In this document: positions 35,701-48,634 of the stretch, in pieces | How positions within the stretch are numbered: position 1 is the first letter of the stretch | Layout: every line of letters begins with the position of its first letter | NCBI RefSeq assembly: GCF_004010195.1 | Contig: NC_057718.1 | Location: 66,473,351-66,537,350 of the forward strand | Origin: Chiloscyllium plagiosum | Taxonomy: Eukaryota | Direction of reading: 5' to 3' | DNA length: 64,000 bases | The notes under the pieces: generated by a model | Told to the model about the DNA's origin: nothing | The model's input: the letters and a program-made list of their open reading frames with translations, nothing else | Database searches by the model: none | Program-made: the position numbers and the translations under genes

Positions 35701-38639
35701 GTCAGTTTAGCTCCATGATGTGTTGCTCAAGGCAACTATTTCTTATGCTTTAGTAGATCCTTTCTAGTCCTCTGCTCCAGCAAATATAATGTTTTTAGTA
35801 CTTAATATCTTTCAGCCAGATTCAAAGTTCCAATTCAGGGAATATGTGTATGTGTATATGTTTTCTATGTATGGATTAACTCAGTTGTTTTGTTGACACC
35901 ACCATAGCATTGTTCATATTATTATGTTTATTACCTATTTTTGGAAGTTGAAATAAAGTTATTGGTATACTAAATATGAGTTCCATTTTAAATTTATCTG
36001 CGGCTGTTTGTTATTGTTGTGACTTGTTTAATCTGCAGCTTTTGATGTCTTCAATGACAGATCAACAATATTGGGGTTTTCAGTTCAATATAGTAATCAT
36101 TGGAATCCACCTCTTAAGCATGCACATCCTTCACTTTAACGTTCTTGACAATGTCGCTTAAACCTTGTTGGTAGATTTTAAAACCTGAAAAGCTTTCAGG
36201 CTGACTGAAAGACTGCTGTAACTTGAGCTCTCTTCACACACCTGCTGAAGGCATAGAGAACACATAGTTTGGGAACAAGATATTAAGCTGTACTTAAATG
36301 ACAGACTAGCAATCCCTAAATAAGGAATATAGGCAGTTGTTAATACAAATTTGAGGTAATTAAAGGGATACACTCTCAAGTCTCCACCCTTCTTTAGAAC
36401 TGATTTTTTTGTGGTACTTCCAGCGAGGAAGCAATTTTCTAATTGCTGATGCACTGTTTGGAATCGGGGAATGGAGAAGTATCTGTTTCTTTATTTTGCA
36501 ACGTTGCTGAAATTTGCACCAGAAACTAAACTCTGCTGTCTTTTGGATGATTTTATATCTTGTACCAAGAGTACCGTTTCTACTGAACCATTCTACAAGG
36601 TATGTGTGAACCTTCTAGGATTACTAATGTTGAACCTGTTTTAGTTGGATTTGTTTCTAAGGTCTGCAGGGCAACAAGCTTTCTGATGATAGATTTTTAT
36701 CTGAAGATTATTTCAGATGGTTCTGCCAATCTGCCCAATTCTGCTGGTTGATACAATATGTTTACTATGTTGTGCATAATGATTCCTGCTAAGTAGGTTT
36801 GTTATATCCATTAATTTGTTCTGAATGTTCCAAGAAACAAATGGGTTGTATTTTTCATGTAGAACAAATCCTTTTTGTTTTCTCAGCAAAGGTGTGTTGA
36901 TTATCAGTACTTTCTAAGGAATGGCTTCAATGCTTCACATTGTGTTACGTGCTTTTTGCTTGACCTTGCCTCCCAAGCTTTATAATGAAAAGCAGTTGAG
37001 TATCCAAGGTATCAATTGACATTTTAAAGCTTTTGTTGACATCATAAATATTTTGTCAGGTATTCATCATAATTACATTGCATAGGCTGTAACATTGGCG
37101 AGTGAAAAACAAAATGTATGTGCAGTGAGTGGTTTTAGTTGTGCTGATGGAAAAGTGTATAATTTATCAAAGCACAAATCTTTCAGAAATTACAGTTCAA
37201 CCTATTAAATTAATCAAGGAATTTGGTATGAGAGCATTTTCAAACAGCGGTTTTTTTAAAATGGAAATTCATAGGATTCTGCCATCACTAGCCTGGACAG
37301 CATTAATTGCCCATCCCAAATTTGCCTTGAAAGGGTGGCTTGGAGGAGAACTTGCTGATGGTGATGTGCCCATTTATCTGCTGTCTTGTCCATGCCATAG
37401 CACCTTCTCACTGTTCCTTCACCATCATTGGATCAAAAGTTTTGAACTTCCTTTCTAACAGCACAATGGGTGAATCTACATCATAAATATTTTTGTCAGG
37501 TATTCATCATAATTACATTGCATAGGCTGTAACAGCATTACAGGAAGGCAGCCCACCATCTCCTTCCCAGTTCCACATGATATCCCCCATTCAGCACCAC
37601 AAAACCTTTGGAGACTTTGCACCTTTTGAGGATTCAGTGAACAGAGTTGGTATCCATGATTTATTTTATGAACCTTTGTGATTGACCATTGAGATAAGAG
37701 TTTGGTTGTATACTATGGCTGCTGTTGAATTTATATATGGAGTCATGAGATTTTAGTTTTATAAGACATTTTATGTCCATTTTAAAGACAGATTAGTTTT
37801 CTTTTCAAAATATATTGTAACTTTCACTGACAGTTGCCATCCTTTCTTCACAATTGGGTCAAAATTCTGGAATTTCTAATCTAACGGCACTGAGGGACCA
37901 ACATGATCACGTGAAGATTGTCCATTGTCACTGTTTGGCAACATTTAGGATTAGACAGTAAGTGCCAACCTTGCTGGAAAAGGTTACTACTTAAGCCGTT
38001 TCAAAATTTCTGATTTTTCTGCAATTCACTTTTATATGATGTATTAACAAGGTCAGGAGACTAATTTGTTGGAAGTGAACGGAAATAAGCATTCATTTAT
38101 ATAAGCTTTAGATACTACTATCTGTATGGTTAACTACTATCTGTGTGGTTGTCTCCAATCGGTCCAATCTAGAGAGTTCATGAGCCTTTCTTAAGCCAGA
38201 TGATGTACTGAGCACAGAACATGAGCATTGAAAGTCTCACAATAGAAAGTATTGCAAATGAAGAAAGTAGTAATTATACCTCCAAAAGCTTCAGTTTTAA
38301 ATGTCTGTTAATTGTAACAGGTATGGATGATTGAGTTTGAGTTCTATTACTTGAAGGAATGAGTTTAGAAGGTTCGGTAATAGTTGTAAAATTTCCTTCG
38401 TTCTAACCAGAACTACACAGCAGCCATAATTGAGATTTCAAATGTGAAATTCAGAAATTCAACATGTTGGTTACAGCAGCCATAATTGAGATTTCAAATG
38501 TGAAATTCACTGCTCACAACATGATCTCCTTTACATTGGCAAGGCCAAATGCAGACTAGTTAACTGCTTTACAGAACACCTCTGCTCTGTTTATAAAAAA
38601 ATGTCCCTGATCTCCCAGTTTCTTGCAATTTTAATACAT

Positions 38640-39021
38640 CACCTTGTTTTAATACTAATGTTCCAATGGAGCACAACACGAGCTCGAGGAACATCACCTT
38701 ATTTTCCACTTAAACACTTTTAGAGCTTTGATGACTCCATACTGAATTCAGTTACTTCAGCAAATTATGTGTGGTCCCATTTTTCTTACATTCTTCCCTC
38801 CCCCACACATCACATCGGCAATACTACACAGTCTTGACTTGTATACTGTTAGTAGAGAAGATTAATTCTCTGTCTTTTACGTCTTAATTTACACCCTTTT
38901 GCATCACTTATTTTTCATCCCCTTACTATTAACAACCTCGTCTTTTGAAATGGGCCTGCCTCTGAAAAGAGTTTTTAAAAATACATTTCCCAATATCTTT
39001 CAGTTCTGAAGAAGGCATACC
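38640..39021 (+). mobile_element. Old Penelope 3' end, continuing at 40197-40285 after an LTR insertion
   Basis: gagctcgaggaacatcaccttattttcc (ELEEHHLIF, compare KLEEQHLISR at ~2040). CTGAAGA at 39006 and the remainder of the terminus at 40197-40285. Confidence 0.7.
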
Positions 39022-40196
39022 TGTAGAAGTGTTTTCCCCTGATAAGGAATGAAAACTTAGGAGGCAGGCAGTACTCTGGCAAGTGGAAGTTTATTCACTC
39101 AAATCAACGAAAGCAGGGGGAGGGCCAAAGAATCTTCCCTGAATCTGGCTTTGGCATACAAACTCAGTTATTCCCTTAATCTTTACTCAGATCAGAAGGT
39201 AGATCAATGACACACTGTAAATTGTACAGTAAAAAGCAGTATATTTATACATTTCTGTATTACTGTGATCACATACAATGTGGTTACAGTCCTTCCCTCC
39301 TAACCTGGTAAAACATACTCAATGGTGGGCATCCTTAGGACCATCCTCAGGTTCTCATGATCTCATTGTTTGCCAGGCACTATAATCTTTCATCCTTGGG
39401 ATCTTCCTATGCATCCTGTTAATTCACATTTGAAAGCTAATTGCTACACTCCTTCAGGCCTCTCAGGCTGGCTTCATCTGTAGAGACAGTTTGAATTCTA
39501 TTGTGCTGTCTTTATCAAATTCGGTTATTCCTCTGTCCTAATTATGTATACAAAAATACAAACTAATTTTAACTAGTTGCTATAAGGTTTGTAATATTGA
39601 TTTTTGTTAGGAAGTCACTTATGAAGTGTAAGGTTAAATACAGCTTTTCCTACTCTTAGTACTTTGTGATTAATGGGCTGCAGCAATCTATTTCCTGAAG
39701 CTAATTTAACTTTCACATTTAGGTCTAAATGCCTTTTCTTTATTACAGTTGTTAAGCATTGGTTATATGTATTTTTTATGCTCAAAACTATCCTTATGAT
39801 TCCGTAGGGAATTTCTAACTGGAATCTATTGTAGAGTAATTCAAACAAATAATTACAAAATAACTATAACAGTTGTTCTGGTAACGATTTTAAGGTGGTG
39901 ACTGGATTTATCCTATGCTGGTGTTCATTCATTCACTGGGACAATTATGTTTCCATTAATGAGGGCTGAGATTAGTTGCTTGTCTATTTTACATACATGC
40001 CCTTATCAATACTGTTTCGAATGGTGAACTCATGGCCATGGTGTAATTTTGTTCAAAGATGTTGTCATTTTCTTTAATTAAAGGCTGGAACAGACTGTTA
40101 GTCTTACTTATCTCCTGTCAGCCATCTTGTATTTTTTGACCAAGGACAGGCTGTCTATTTGTTAGACATTTTGTTATAAACAGGGTCACCCCTACA
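39022..40196 (-). mobile_element. Solo LTR (~1175 bp) with 5-bp TSD ATACC
   Basis: Ends TGTAG...CTACA. ATACC at 39017-39021 and 40197-40201. AATAAA on the minus strand near 39091-39096 suggests orientation. Confidence 0.75.
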
Positions 40197-40579
40197 ATAC
40201 CAGACTTGAAGCATTCACTCTGTTTCTCTGTCTCCAGATACCGCCAGACTTGCTGAGTTTCTCCAACATTCTCTGTTTTCAGCATTTCTAGATCTGTATA
40301 AAATGTTAGACCACAACTGCTGTACCATATACAGTGCTAGTCATTGCTTTATAGAAAAGTATGATCTCACAAGAGAAATTACCATAGAACTTTAGAATGT
40401 TGCCTTAAAAGCCTGCATGTGAACTTGAGGTGCTATACCCTGTGGAGTTGCTGACGAAGATCTGAAAAGTGGGATGAAGCTGGATATATCGTTTTTGACT
40501 GAATGGTTTCCTTTTATTATCTGCCTTTGAATATGGGCCTTTTTCTATCCTGAAATCAGTGGGATGTTTGCACAACCAG

Positions 40580-40800
40580 GTCCAAAGATGTACAGACTAG
40601 GTGGATTAGTCATGGTAAATTGCCCATTGTGTCCAGGGATGTGCAGGCTAGATGCAGGGTTACAGGGATAGATGGGGGCTGGGAGGGGGGAAACGTGGTG
40701 GGTGTGGAGGTGAGTCTGGGTGGACTTCTGTTTGGAAGGTCAGTGTGGGCTCAATGGACTGAATGGCCTGCTTCCACGCTGTAGGGATTCTGTGATTCTA
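40580..40800 (+). mobile_element. HE1-like SINE, 3' half
   Basis: tccaaagatgt...taaattgccc...ttccacgctgtagggattctgtgattcta. Confidence 0.75.
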
Positions 40801-41741
40801 GATATTGAAGTGCAGGTACCATGCTCTTTCAAAGTAAAGTTTCATTATTTTAGGCCTTTTTAAGAGCATTAGGCTTGGCAGCAGCTAAGCAAGGTGCACA
40901 CAACTTCATAAAACATGTAATATTTATTGCAACTGTTTGAATTCATTAAGGAATTATTATTCACTTTTCTCTCAGAATCCTGAGCTTACTTCAACAAACT
41001 TTTATAGGTTTATTTTGAATAGATTTCCCCCTGACCCCCCCTCAAGTTAATGAATTATTAATCAAACTATTCCTATTTAAATATGACTCAAGTCCAGTAA
41101 TGTCATTTTTAATGTATAAATCTCGCAACTAATTCAGAGTGAAGGCAAATGCAGTTGGAAATGTGGCCTTTCATCAGTAGTTTTGTAAAAATGGCAACTT
41201 GCTGTCTGGTCCACATTCAAAACCATTAAACAGCAGAAAATTCTTATACTTGCATGGTGGATATAAAATAAATTTGCTTTAAAGATTTAAGCTCAAGTCT
41301 CCTTTTACAGCTTGATGAATTTTAATTATTGTCACTGACTCATACATATTTGCAGTTTTATATCTTTAAATTTGGAAATTTTTGAAGTTATATTTTTCAT
41401 AATTTTGTCCTTTTCCTTTCACCCTTGATTATAATTGTTGTTCTGATTTGACATTGAATTCATTCAATTCTAGTTTACACTTTCTTGGTTAGATCTTATT
41501 TTCCTGCTTACGCATATTCAGGTGACCTGTAGAGGGCACCACAGCATTTCCACCTTTCAGCAATGCACTGCAAAAAATGTCATGGAGATTTTTAAAAATC
41601 CCTGAAGGGTAATTCCATAACTATCAATAGCTATTAACCAGTTACAGAAACTTCTGGACTTTTGGTGTTAGCTGATCTGAAAGACAGAATTATTTGTTTT
41701 TTCTTCATAGTTTGTATACAAAAAGTTAAAATATTGCTAAG

Positions 41742-41965
41742 TGTAGTCATTGTGATGAGGTCAGCCATTTGAACCTCACAGAACATGAGTTCCCTGATTG
41801 GGGCTGTTTATCTGGTCCAATCAAGGCTGACTTGTAAAAAGGATGAGTGTCAGAGATATTGCCATTCCTATTCCTGACTCTGAATGAAGCAGTACTAAAG
41901 TCAAAGACTGTTTATGTGTAAATAAGTGGTGACTTGTAGAATACGGGCCTTTGGAGTAATTTTAC
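41742..41965 (+). mobile_element. Second copy of the ~225-bp solo LTR-like repeat
   Basis: Collinear similarity to 11741-11964 (ggggctgtt, ccaatca, tgtaaataa, gtgacttg, gcctttggag). Confidence 0.6.
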
Positions 41966-42249
41966 TAACTACAACAATGCCTTTGAGCGATTGATGGAAT
42001 GAAACTTTCCAAGCCACTTCGTAGGACCATTCAACCTAGGTCAGCCAGGACAGAAGTCATGGGTTACAGAACATGGTGAGAACTAAGATGTGGGTAGCAG
42101 GGTTTTTGATTAACTCAAATGTACTGAGGGTGGAATGTGAGAGAGCATCCAAGGGTATCTTAGAATTGTTGAGCCTAGAGGAAATGAAGAGATGTTCTGT
42201 AGCTCCCCTTAACCTTCCCTTGTTTGTGAAAAATAGCTGTAGCTTAGAG

Positions 42250-43309
42250 TGATATATAGCGCAGAAAAAGGCTCTTCAGCCAATTGTTTCCGTGCCGGTC
42301 AAAAACAACCAACTAATCTAGTCTATTCTAATCCCATTTTCCGCACTTTGCCCATAGCCTTGTGTACCTTGGCATCACAAATGCAAATCTAAATGCTACT
42401 TGAATGTTTGTGGGTTTCTGACCTTACCACCCTTACAGGCAGTGAGTGTTAGATTCCCACCATCCTATGGGTAAAAAGGTTTTTCCTTACATCTCTAAAT
42501 CTTCTACCCCTTAGCTAAAATCTATATTTCCTGGTCATTGATCCTTCCATCAAGGAGAGCAGTTTTTTTTTCTGTATCCCTTATCTACTCCCCTCTTAAT
42601 TTTCTATCTCAATCATATCTCCTCTCAATCTCCTCTGCTTTAAGGAAAACAACCTAGTTCTGTCAATCTCTTCATAACTGAAACTCTCCAGTCCAGGCAA
42701 TATTTTGGTAAATCTTCTCTGCACCCTCTCCAGTGCTATCATATCCTTCCTTTAACATGGATTCCAGAGCTGTGCACAATACTCTTGGCTGTGGCCTAAC
42801 CAACATTTTGTTTTGTTTCAGCATAACTTTCCTGTTCTTAAACCCTATGCTTCGACAAATAAAGACTGTCTGCTGCCTTAGCCACTTGATCCATCTGTCC
42901 TCATTCCTTAAGGGACTGGTGTATATGCACATCAAGGTCTCTCTCTCATCCTCTGTGCTTCCCAGGGTCCTACCATTCATAGTGTATTTCCTATTTGTAC
43001 TGCACAGGTGCATTGCCTCACACTTATCCAGATTAAATTCCATTTGCCATACATCAGCCATCTGATCAGTCTGTTGCTACCCTCCTCATTATTTACCATC
43101 CCACCAAATTTTATACCATCTATGAACTTGCTGATCATTTCCCCCCTACATTCCAGTCTAAATCTTTTATGTAGACCAAAACAGCAAGGGCCTAGCATTG
43201 ACCCATGTGGGATTTCTAGTCAGAAAATCACCTTCAACTTTTACCTGCTGCTTCCTGCTATCCAAACAATTTTGGATCCAACTAGTGAAATTTCCTTAAA
43301 TCCCATGTG
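42250..43309 (-). mobile_element. CR1 LINE 3' part
   Basis: Peptide WQMEFNLDKCEAMHL and a typical minus-strand CR1 3' UTR. Confidence 0.85.
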
Positions 43310-43405
43310 CTGAAGAAGGGCTTATGCCCGAAACGTCGATTCTCCTGCTCCTTGGATGCTGCCTGACCTGCTACGCTTTTCCACCAACACATTTTTCAGC
43401 TCTGA
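43310..43405 (+). ncRNA. Minimal hammerhead-ribozyme motif in a ~95-bp Penelope-terminus fragment
   Basis: CTGAAGA-A-GGGC-TTAT-GCCC-GAAAC-GTC: conserved CUGANGA and GAAA boxes, stem II and a GUC triplet. The 5' arm of stem I is missing. Confidence 0.65.
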
Positions 43406-43409
43406 AAGA

Positions 43410-44145
43410 AATGGCAGCCACAACCATCTCCAATAAGAGACAATCCAACCACCATGCTTCACCATTCAATGTTGTTGCCATCACTGAACCCCCTACTATC
43501 AACATACAAATGGGGGTTACCATTGTCCATAAACTCGATTGGACTTGCCATATAAATACAGTGGCTACAGCAGCAGGTCAGAGGCTAGGAATACTGCAGC
43601 AAGTAACCCACCACTTGACTGCCCAAATCCAGCCCACTATCTATAAAGTGCAAGTCAGAAGTGTGGTGCAATATTCCCCACTTGCCTGATGAGTGTAACT
43701 CCAATAACACCTCAGAAACTTGACACCATCCAGAATAAAGCAGCCCGCTTGATTGGCATCACAACTACAAGCATCCACTCCCTCCACCACTGACATTCAG
43801 TAGCAGCAGTATGTATTATCTACTGCAGAAATTCACCAAAGATCCTTAAATGGCACCTTCCAAACACGTAATCACTTCCATCTAGAAGGCCAAAGACAGC
43901 AAATACATGGGGACACCACCACCTGCCCATTCTTGATCTCCAAGCCACTCCTCATCCTTACTTGGAAATATCTTTCTTCACGCTTTCTGGTTTAAAATCC
44001 CTGATTTCCCTTCCTAAGGGCATTGTGGGTCTATCTACAGCACATTGACTGCAGCAGTTCATGAAGGCAGCGAACTATCACCACCTTGAGGGGAACTAGG
44101 GATGGGAATAAATGATTGGAACATTGCTGTCAGCAATGAATGAAT
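43410..44145 (+). mobile_element. CR1/L2-superclade LINE 3' end (ORF2 C-terminus plus 3' UTR)
   Basis: Peptide GVTIVHKLDWTCHINTVATAAGQRLGIL...IYKVQVRSVVQYSPLA, with tail aatgaatgaat. Confidence 0.8.
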
Positions 44146-46119
44146 ATTTTTTAACAAGTTTAAATGAATGAGCTCATTCCTAGATTCCATTGGAGTACTC
44201 ATACAGATTATATCAATGGGCAATGCAAATCTCCATGAGGCAGAAAATAATCTGTAATAATCAGGGTACTTCTAAAAACAATGATGAGTAATATAAAGAT
44301 ATTTACTTTGGTGCTTCCTCCTTTAAGAAGCTCTTTGGATGTTGGTGTTCAAGTGAGATTCTTTTGTTCCTTTGGAATTTGGAAGATGTAATTTTCTGTT
44401 TTGTTGAAATGTTTTGATACAGTGGTTGCAGCGAGTGAGAATATATACTTTACTGTCCATTGGAATGCACTTTTGAGGCTGGTTTATTCTGTAATTTTTC
44501 TGGTCTTAAATAATATGCTATTATTATTTACATTTGCCTGTGCAACTTCAGAAAACCAGACATTTGGAGTTTACCACGGAATTTTGAAATCTTGTTTTAT
44601 TGTTTCTACTTTTGCTATGGGAATGATTCGATTTGAAACAAAATCAGTTTGAAGATGGGTTATTGGGTTAATCCTATTTTGTTATGTAACATTTTCTTTA
44701 ATTCAGTTGTGTTGTGCCTTTTAATTATCTTATAAACTAGTTGCAGCATGTTCTGAGAGATTATTGCTGTGTTTGACTTGTTTTCAAAGACAAGCAGAAA
44801 ATAAATTTGTACAGAAGATTGCCTTTTGAAACTGCCTTCATTTTTGGGAATGATGCTTCTTCAATGCTGTATGTTGGTATTGAGTGTGTACAAAAATCTA
44901 TGAAATACTTGTGAGATGTGTATTTTCATTACATTTCCTGTGGGACTATTTGGTAATTTTATGGATAAGTTGAAAAACTCTTTTCTTCAGACAATTTAGT
45001 GGGGAGTATGGATAATGAAATATAGGATGATTTGTAGAAAATTGAGTTTCATCTACTCTTAAACTGCTTGGGGTGGTGGGTGGGGGACCCAGCGTCAGAA
45101 GATTTGTCCTGGCTTATAAAACCAAGTTTAGGCAGCAGCAGCCTATCTTTAACTCTGTGGATGTTTTCCAGGGTGGGTTTTGGACCCAATGTGGTCCAAC
45201 TTTTGAAGGATATTCCTTCCAAGGAAATAAAAAATAATGAAGAAAACTGTAGGCCAATTACTGTCCACAAATGAACACTTTGATTTTATTTGTTGAAGAA
45301 AGGTTAGTGCTATGGGAGTAATCTATGAAAAACTTTGTGATTTATCCCTTAATTCCATTACTGGCCAAGTGATCAAATAGTAAGAATATTTGTTTTTGAT
45401 GTAATGTGTCTAGACTATTATAAATTTTAGAAAAACATGAACCTTCCTTTAAACTGGAAACTTTATGTAGAGCAAGAAGGCAATATAAATGAATGGGGTC
45501 ACTTGACCTACTTACAGCACTGCAAAAATCAGTCTCTTTGATAATTATAATAAAGGGTTTTGATAAATTTTAATATGCATGGTTTAATGAGTTTCGTTTG
45601 TACAAATAATTACATCTAATTCAGTAATAATGTGGTGTGAATATTTTGTTTCATCTGAAAGATCTGAAAATGATTAAAGAGGGCTCCCAATATTAACTTA
45701 ATGCCATTAGCATTTCACAAATAATATCTTCGGTGTTTCTATTATAGCTATTTTCTAGCTTCATTTGAGTTTTGTTACAAATGACTTCTGGTTAGAAAAA
45801 TGCATGTCCATTGTGGCACTGAGTGGATTAAAAAGGAGGGTTCCAGCATTTGTTCACTTGATGCTGTATCACTTAGGACAGTTTTCTTTGGAGAGGAAAA
45901 GGCTAAGAGGGGATTTCTTCAAAGTTTGATGCAGTATCAGATGATGTCAAACAGTGGCACTTAGGATGTTTAAATTACTTTCAGTACCTCAGGCTTAGGA
46001 AGAAAACCTATTGACCAGGTTGACTATACAATGAGGGTGATGTGAAGATAAAGAAATAAAAAGATAAAATGAAAATAAAGCCAATGTTTACAGACTAGAT
46101 AGTTTAACTTGTAGTGGGG

Positions 46120-48225
46120 AAACTGGAAAAGTCATGTCTGACTAACTTGGAATTTTTTGAAGAGCTAATAAACAGGACTGATAGCAATGCTCTTGATGTA
46201 ATGGACTTCCAAAAAACATTTGAATAAAGCCACGCAATAGACTTGAGAAAAGTTATACCTCATGGAATATGAGGATCAGTAGCAACATGGTTACAAAATT
46301 TGCTTATGCCATCCCGTATTCCCAATTCCTCCGCCTCTGCCGTATCTGCTCCCAGGAGGACCAGTTCCACCACAGAACACACCAGATGGCCTCCTACTTT
46401 AGAGATCGCAATTTCCCTTCTCACGTGGTTAAAGATGCCCTCCCAACGCATCTCATCCACATCCCACACCTCCGCCCTCAGACCCCACCCCTCCAACCGT
46501 AACAAGGACAGAACACCCCAGTGCTCACCTTCCACCCCACCAACCTTCACATAAACCAAATCATCCGTTGACATTTCCGCCACCTCCAAAAAGACTCCAC
46601 CACCAGGGATATATTTCCCTCCCCACCCCTTTCCGCCTTCCGCAAAGACCGTTCCCTCTGTGACTACCTGGTCAGGTCCATGCCCTCCTACAACCCATCC
46701 TCCCATCCTGGCACCTTCCCCTGCCACCGCAGAAACTGTAAAACCTGCGCCCACACCTCCTCCCACACCTCTATCCAAGGCCCTAAAGGAGCCTTCCACA
46801 TCCATCAAAGTTTTACCTGCACATCCACTAATATCATTTATTGTATCCGTTGCTCCCGATGCAGTCTCCTCTACATTGGGGAGACTGGACNNNNNNNNNN
46901 NNNNNTTCCCCCACCTCACCCTAGTTCTAAACTTCCAGCTCAGCACTGTCCCCATGACTTGTCCGGACTTGTCCTACCTGCCTATCTCCTTTTCCACCTA
47001 TCCACTCCACCCTCTCATCCCTGACCGATCACCTTCATCCCCTCCTCCACTCACCTATTGTACTCTATGCTACTTTCTCCCCGCACCCACCCTCCTCTAG
47101 CTTATCTCTCCACCCTTCAGGCTCTCTGCCTTTATTCCTGATGAAGGGCTTTTGCCCGAAACATCGATTTTGCTGCTCCTTGGATGCTGCCTGAACTGCT
47201 GTGCTCTTCCAGCACCACTAATCCAGAATTAAGAATAGGAAGCAGAGTGTGATGGCTGATGGTGTTTTTGAGCTGCAGGAAGGTTTGTAGTGGTGTTCCC
47301 AGGCATCAGTGTTGGCCCCTGGCTTTTCTTGCTGTATATCAATGGTCTAGCTCATTAGGGGAGATTTTCCAAGTTTTACAGGTGATACAAAATTTGAGAG
47401 CACTGTAAACTGTGATGAGGATAATAAGACTTCCAAAAGGATATAGACAAGCTGGTGAAATGGACACATCAGTAGCAGATGAAGTTTGATGCAGTGAAGA
47501 GTGTGGTGACACATTTTGGTGCAAGTAATATAGAAAGACAGCATAAACTAAAGGATGCTACTCTATCGGGTGTGCGAGATCACAGACCTAGGTGAATATG
47601 TGCATAAGTCATTAAATTTGGCAGGACAGTTAAAGTGAGCTCTTACTAAAACGTGGTATTGTAGGTTTCACTGATAAGGGCACAGTATATAAGATATTTT
47701 GCTGAATATATATAAGACACTTTAGATGGAAGTTGGAGTATTGTATACAGTTCTTTGTGCCACCCTTTAGGAATGATATGACCCAATTGGAGAGAGTGCA
47801 ATGGAGGTTTACAAGAATGGTTTCAGGGATGAGAATCTTCAATAATGAGAATAGATTGAGAAAGTTAGGACAGTTTTCCTTGGAGAGGAAAAGGCTAAGA
47901 GGAAATTTGATCAAAGTTTTTTAAATTCATGACAATAGATAGGGGAGAAACTGTTCCTCCTCTTGCAAGGATGACAAGCCAGGTGGGAAATAAGGTTTCC
48001 ACACAGCAAGTAGTTAGCAGATGGAATGCGCTGTCAGGAACTGTGACAGAAGCAGGTTTGAGCTGAGGCTTTCAAGAGGATATTGGATAATCATTTAACA
48101 GAAACAATATGCAGGGATGTGGGTAAAGAATGGAGATTACCTATAATTTTAAATATATAGAGAGCTGGAGTAGACACATCAGACCAAATGGCTACTTTTT
48201 GTACCCAACAATTGTGATTCTGTGA
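46120..48225 (+). mobile_element. Old CR1 LINE interrupted by a Penelope element at ~46305-47229
   Basis: Peptides SCLTNL and MDFQKTF before the insertion, and EYCIQF...LERVQWRFTRM...RLRGNLIKVF after it. Confidence 0.8.
46305..47229 (+). mobile_element. Penelope-like element, Neptune type (RT C-terminus, Cys-rich linker, GIY-YIG, hammerhead terminus)
   Basis: Peptides AIPYSQFLRLCRICS and PCHRRNCKTC...FTCTSTNIIYCIRCSRCSLLYIGETG. CTGATGAAGGGCTTTTGCCCGAAAC at 47138-47162. Confidence 0.9.
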
Positions 48226-48634
48226 ATGACAAATTACTTGTGAATGATTTTACATGAAGGGCAGTGAAATTCTGGAGGCCTGCTGATGTCTATTAATCTA
48301 TATTTTAGCAAGGATAGTATCTTCACTTCCACTTGTATCTATGCAGTTGGGCTATATTTTGAAAATTAAATTATGTCGCAGTAGAATAGTTAAAGTGGAA
48401 ATAACCAGCTGTTCTGGCTTCAAATGATTTGTCTGGTGCACACATGCCACCCAAGCAGATTGGTTTGTTGCAGAGCCCATGTGGGGCAGAATTTAGGAAG
48501 AATGATTTATGGAACAAGAAGAGTTGATGGGTTGAATGTGAGAATGTTGTAATATTTCAACCTGGATCCTTTAAAGTCCACATTGCTCCTTCAGCAGAAA
48601 GGTCTAGAGTAGTCGGTCATTGTCATAGAGTCTT

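Noticed and set aside
17640..38509. CRISPR-like repeat-spacer arrays from the short direct repeats
   Set aside because: Each repeat has only two units, the context is a eukaryotic intron, and no cas genes are present.
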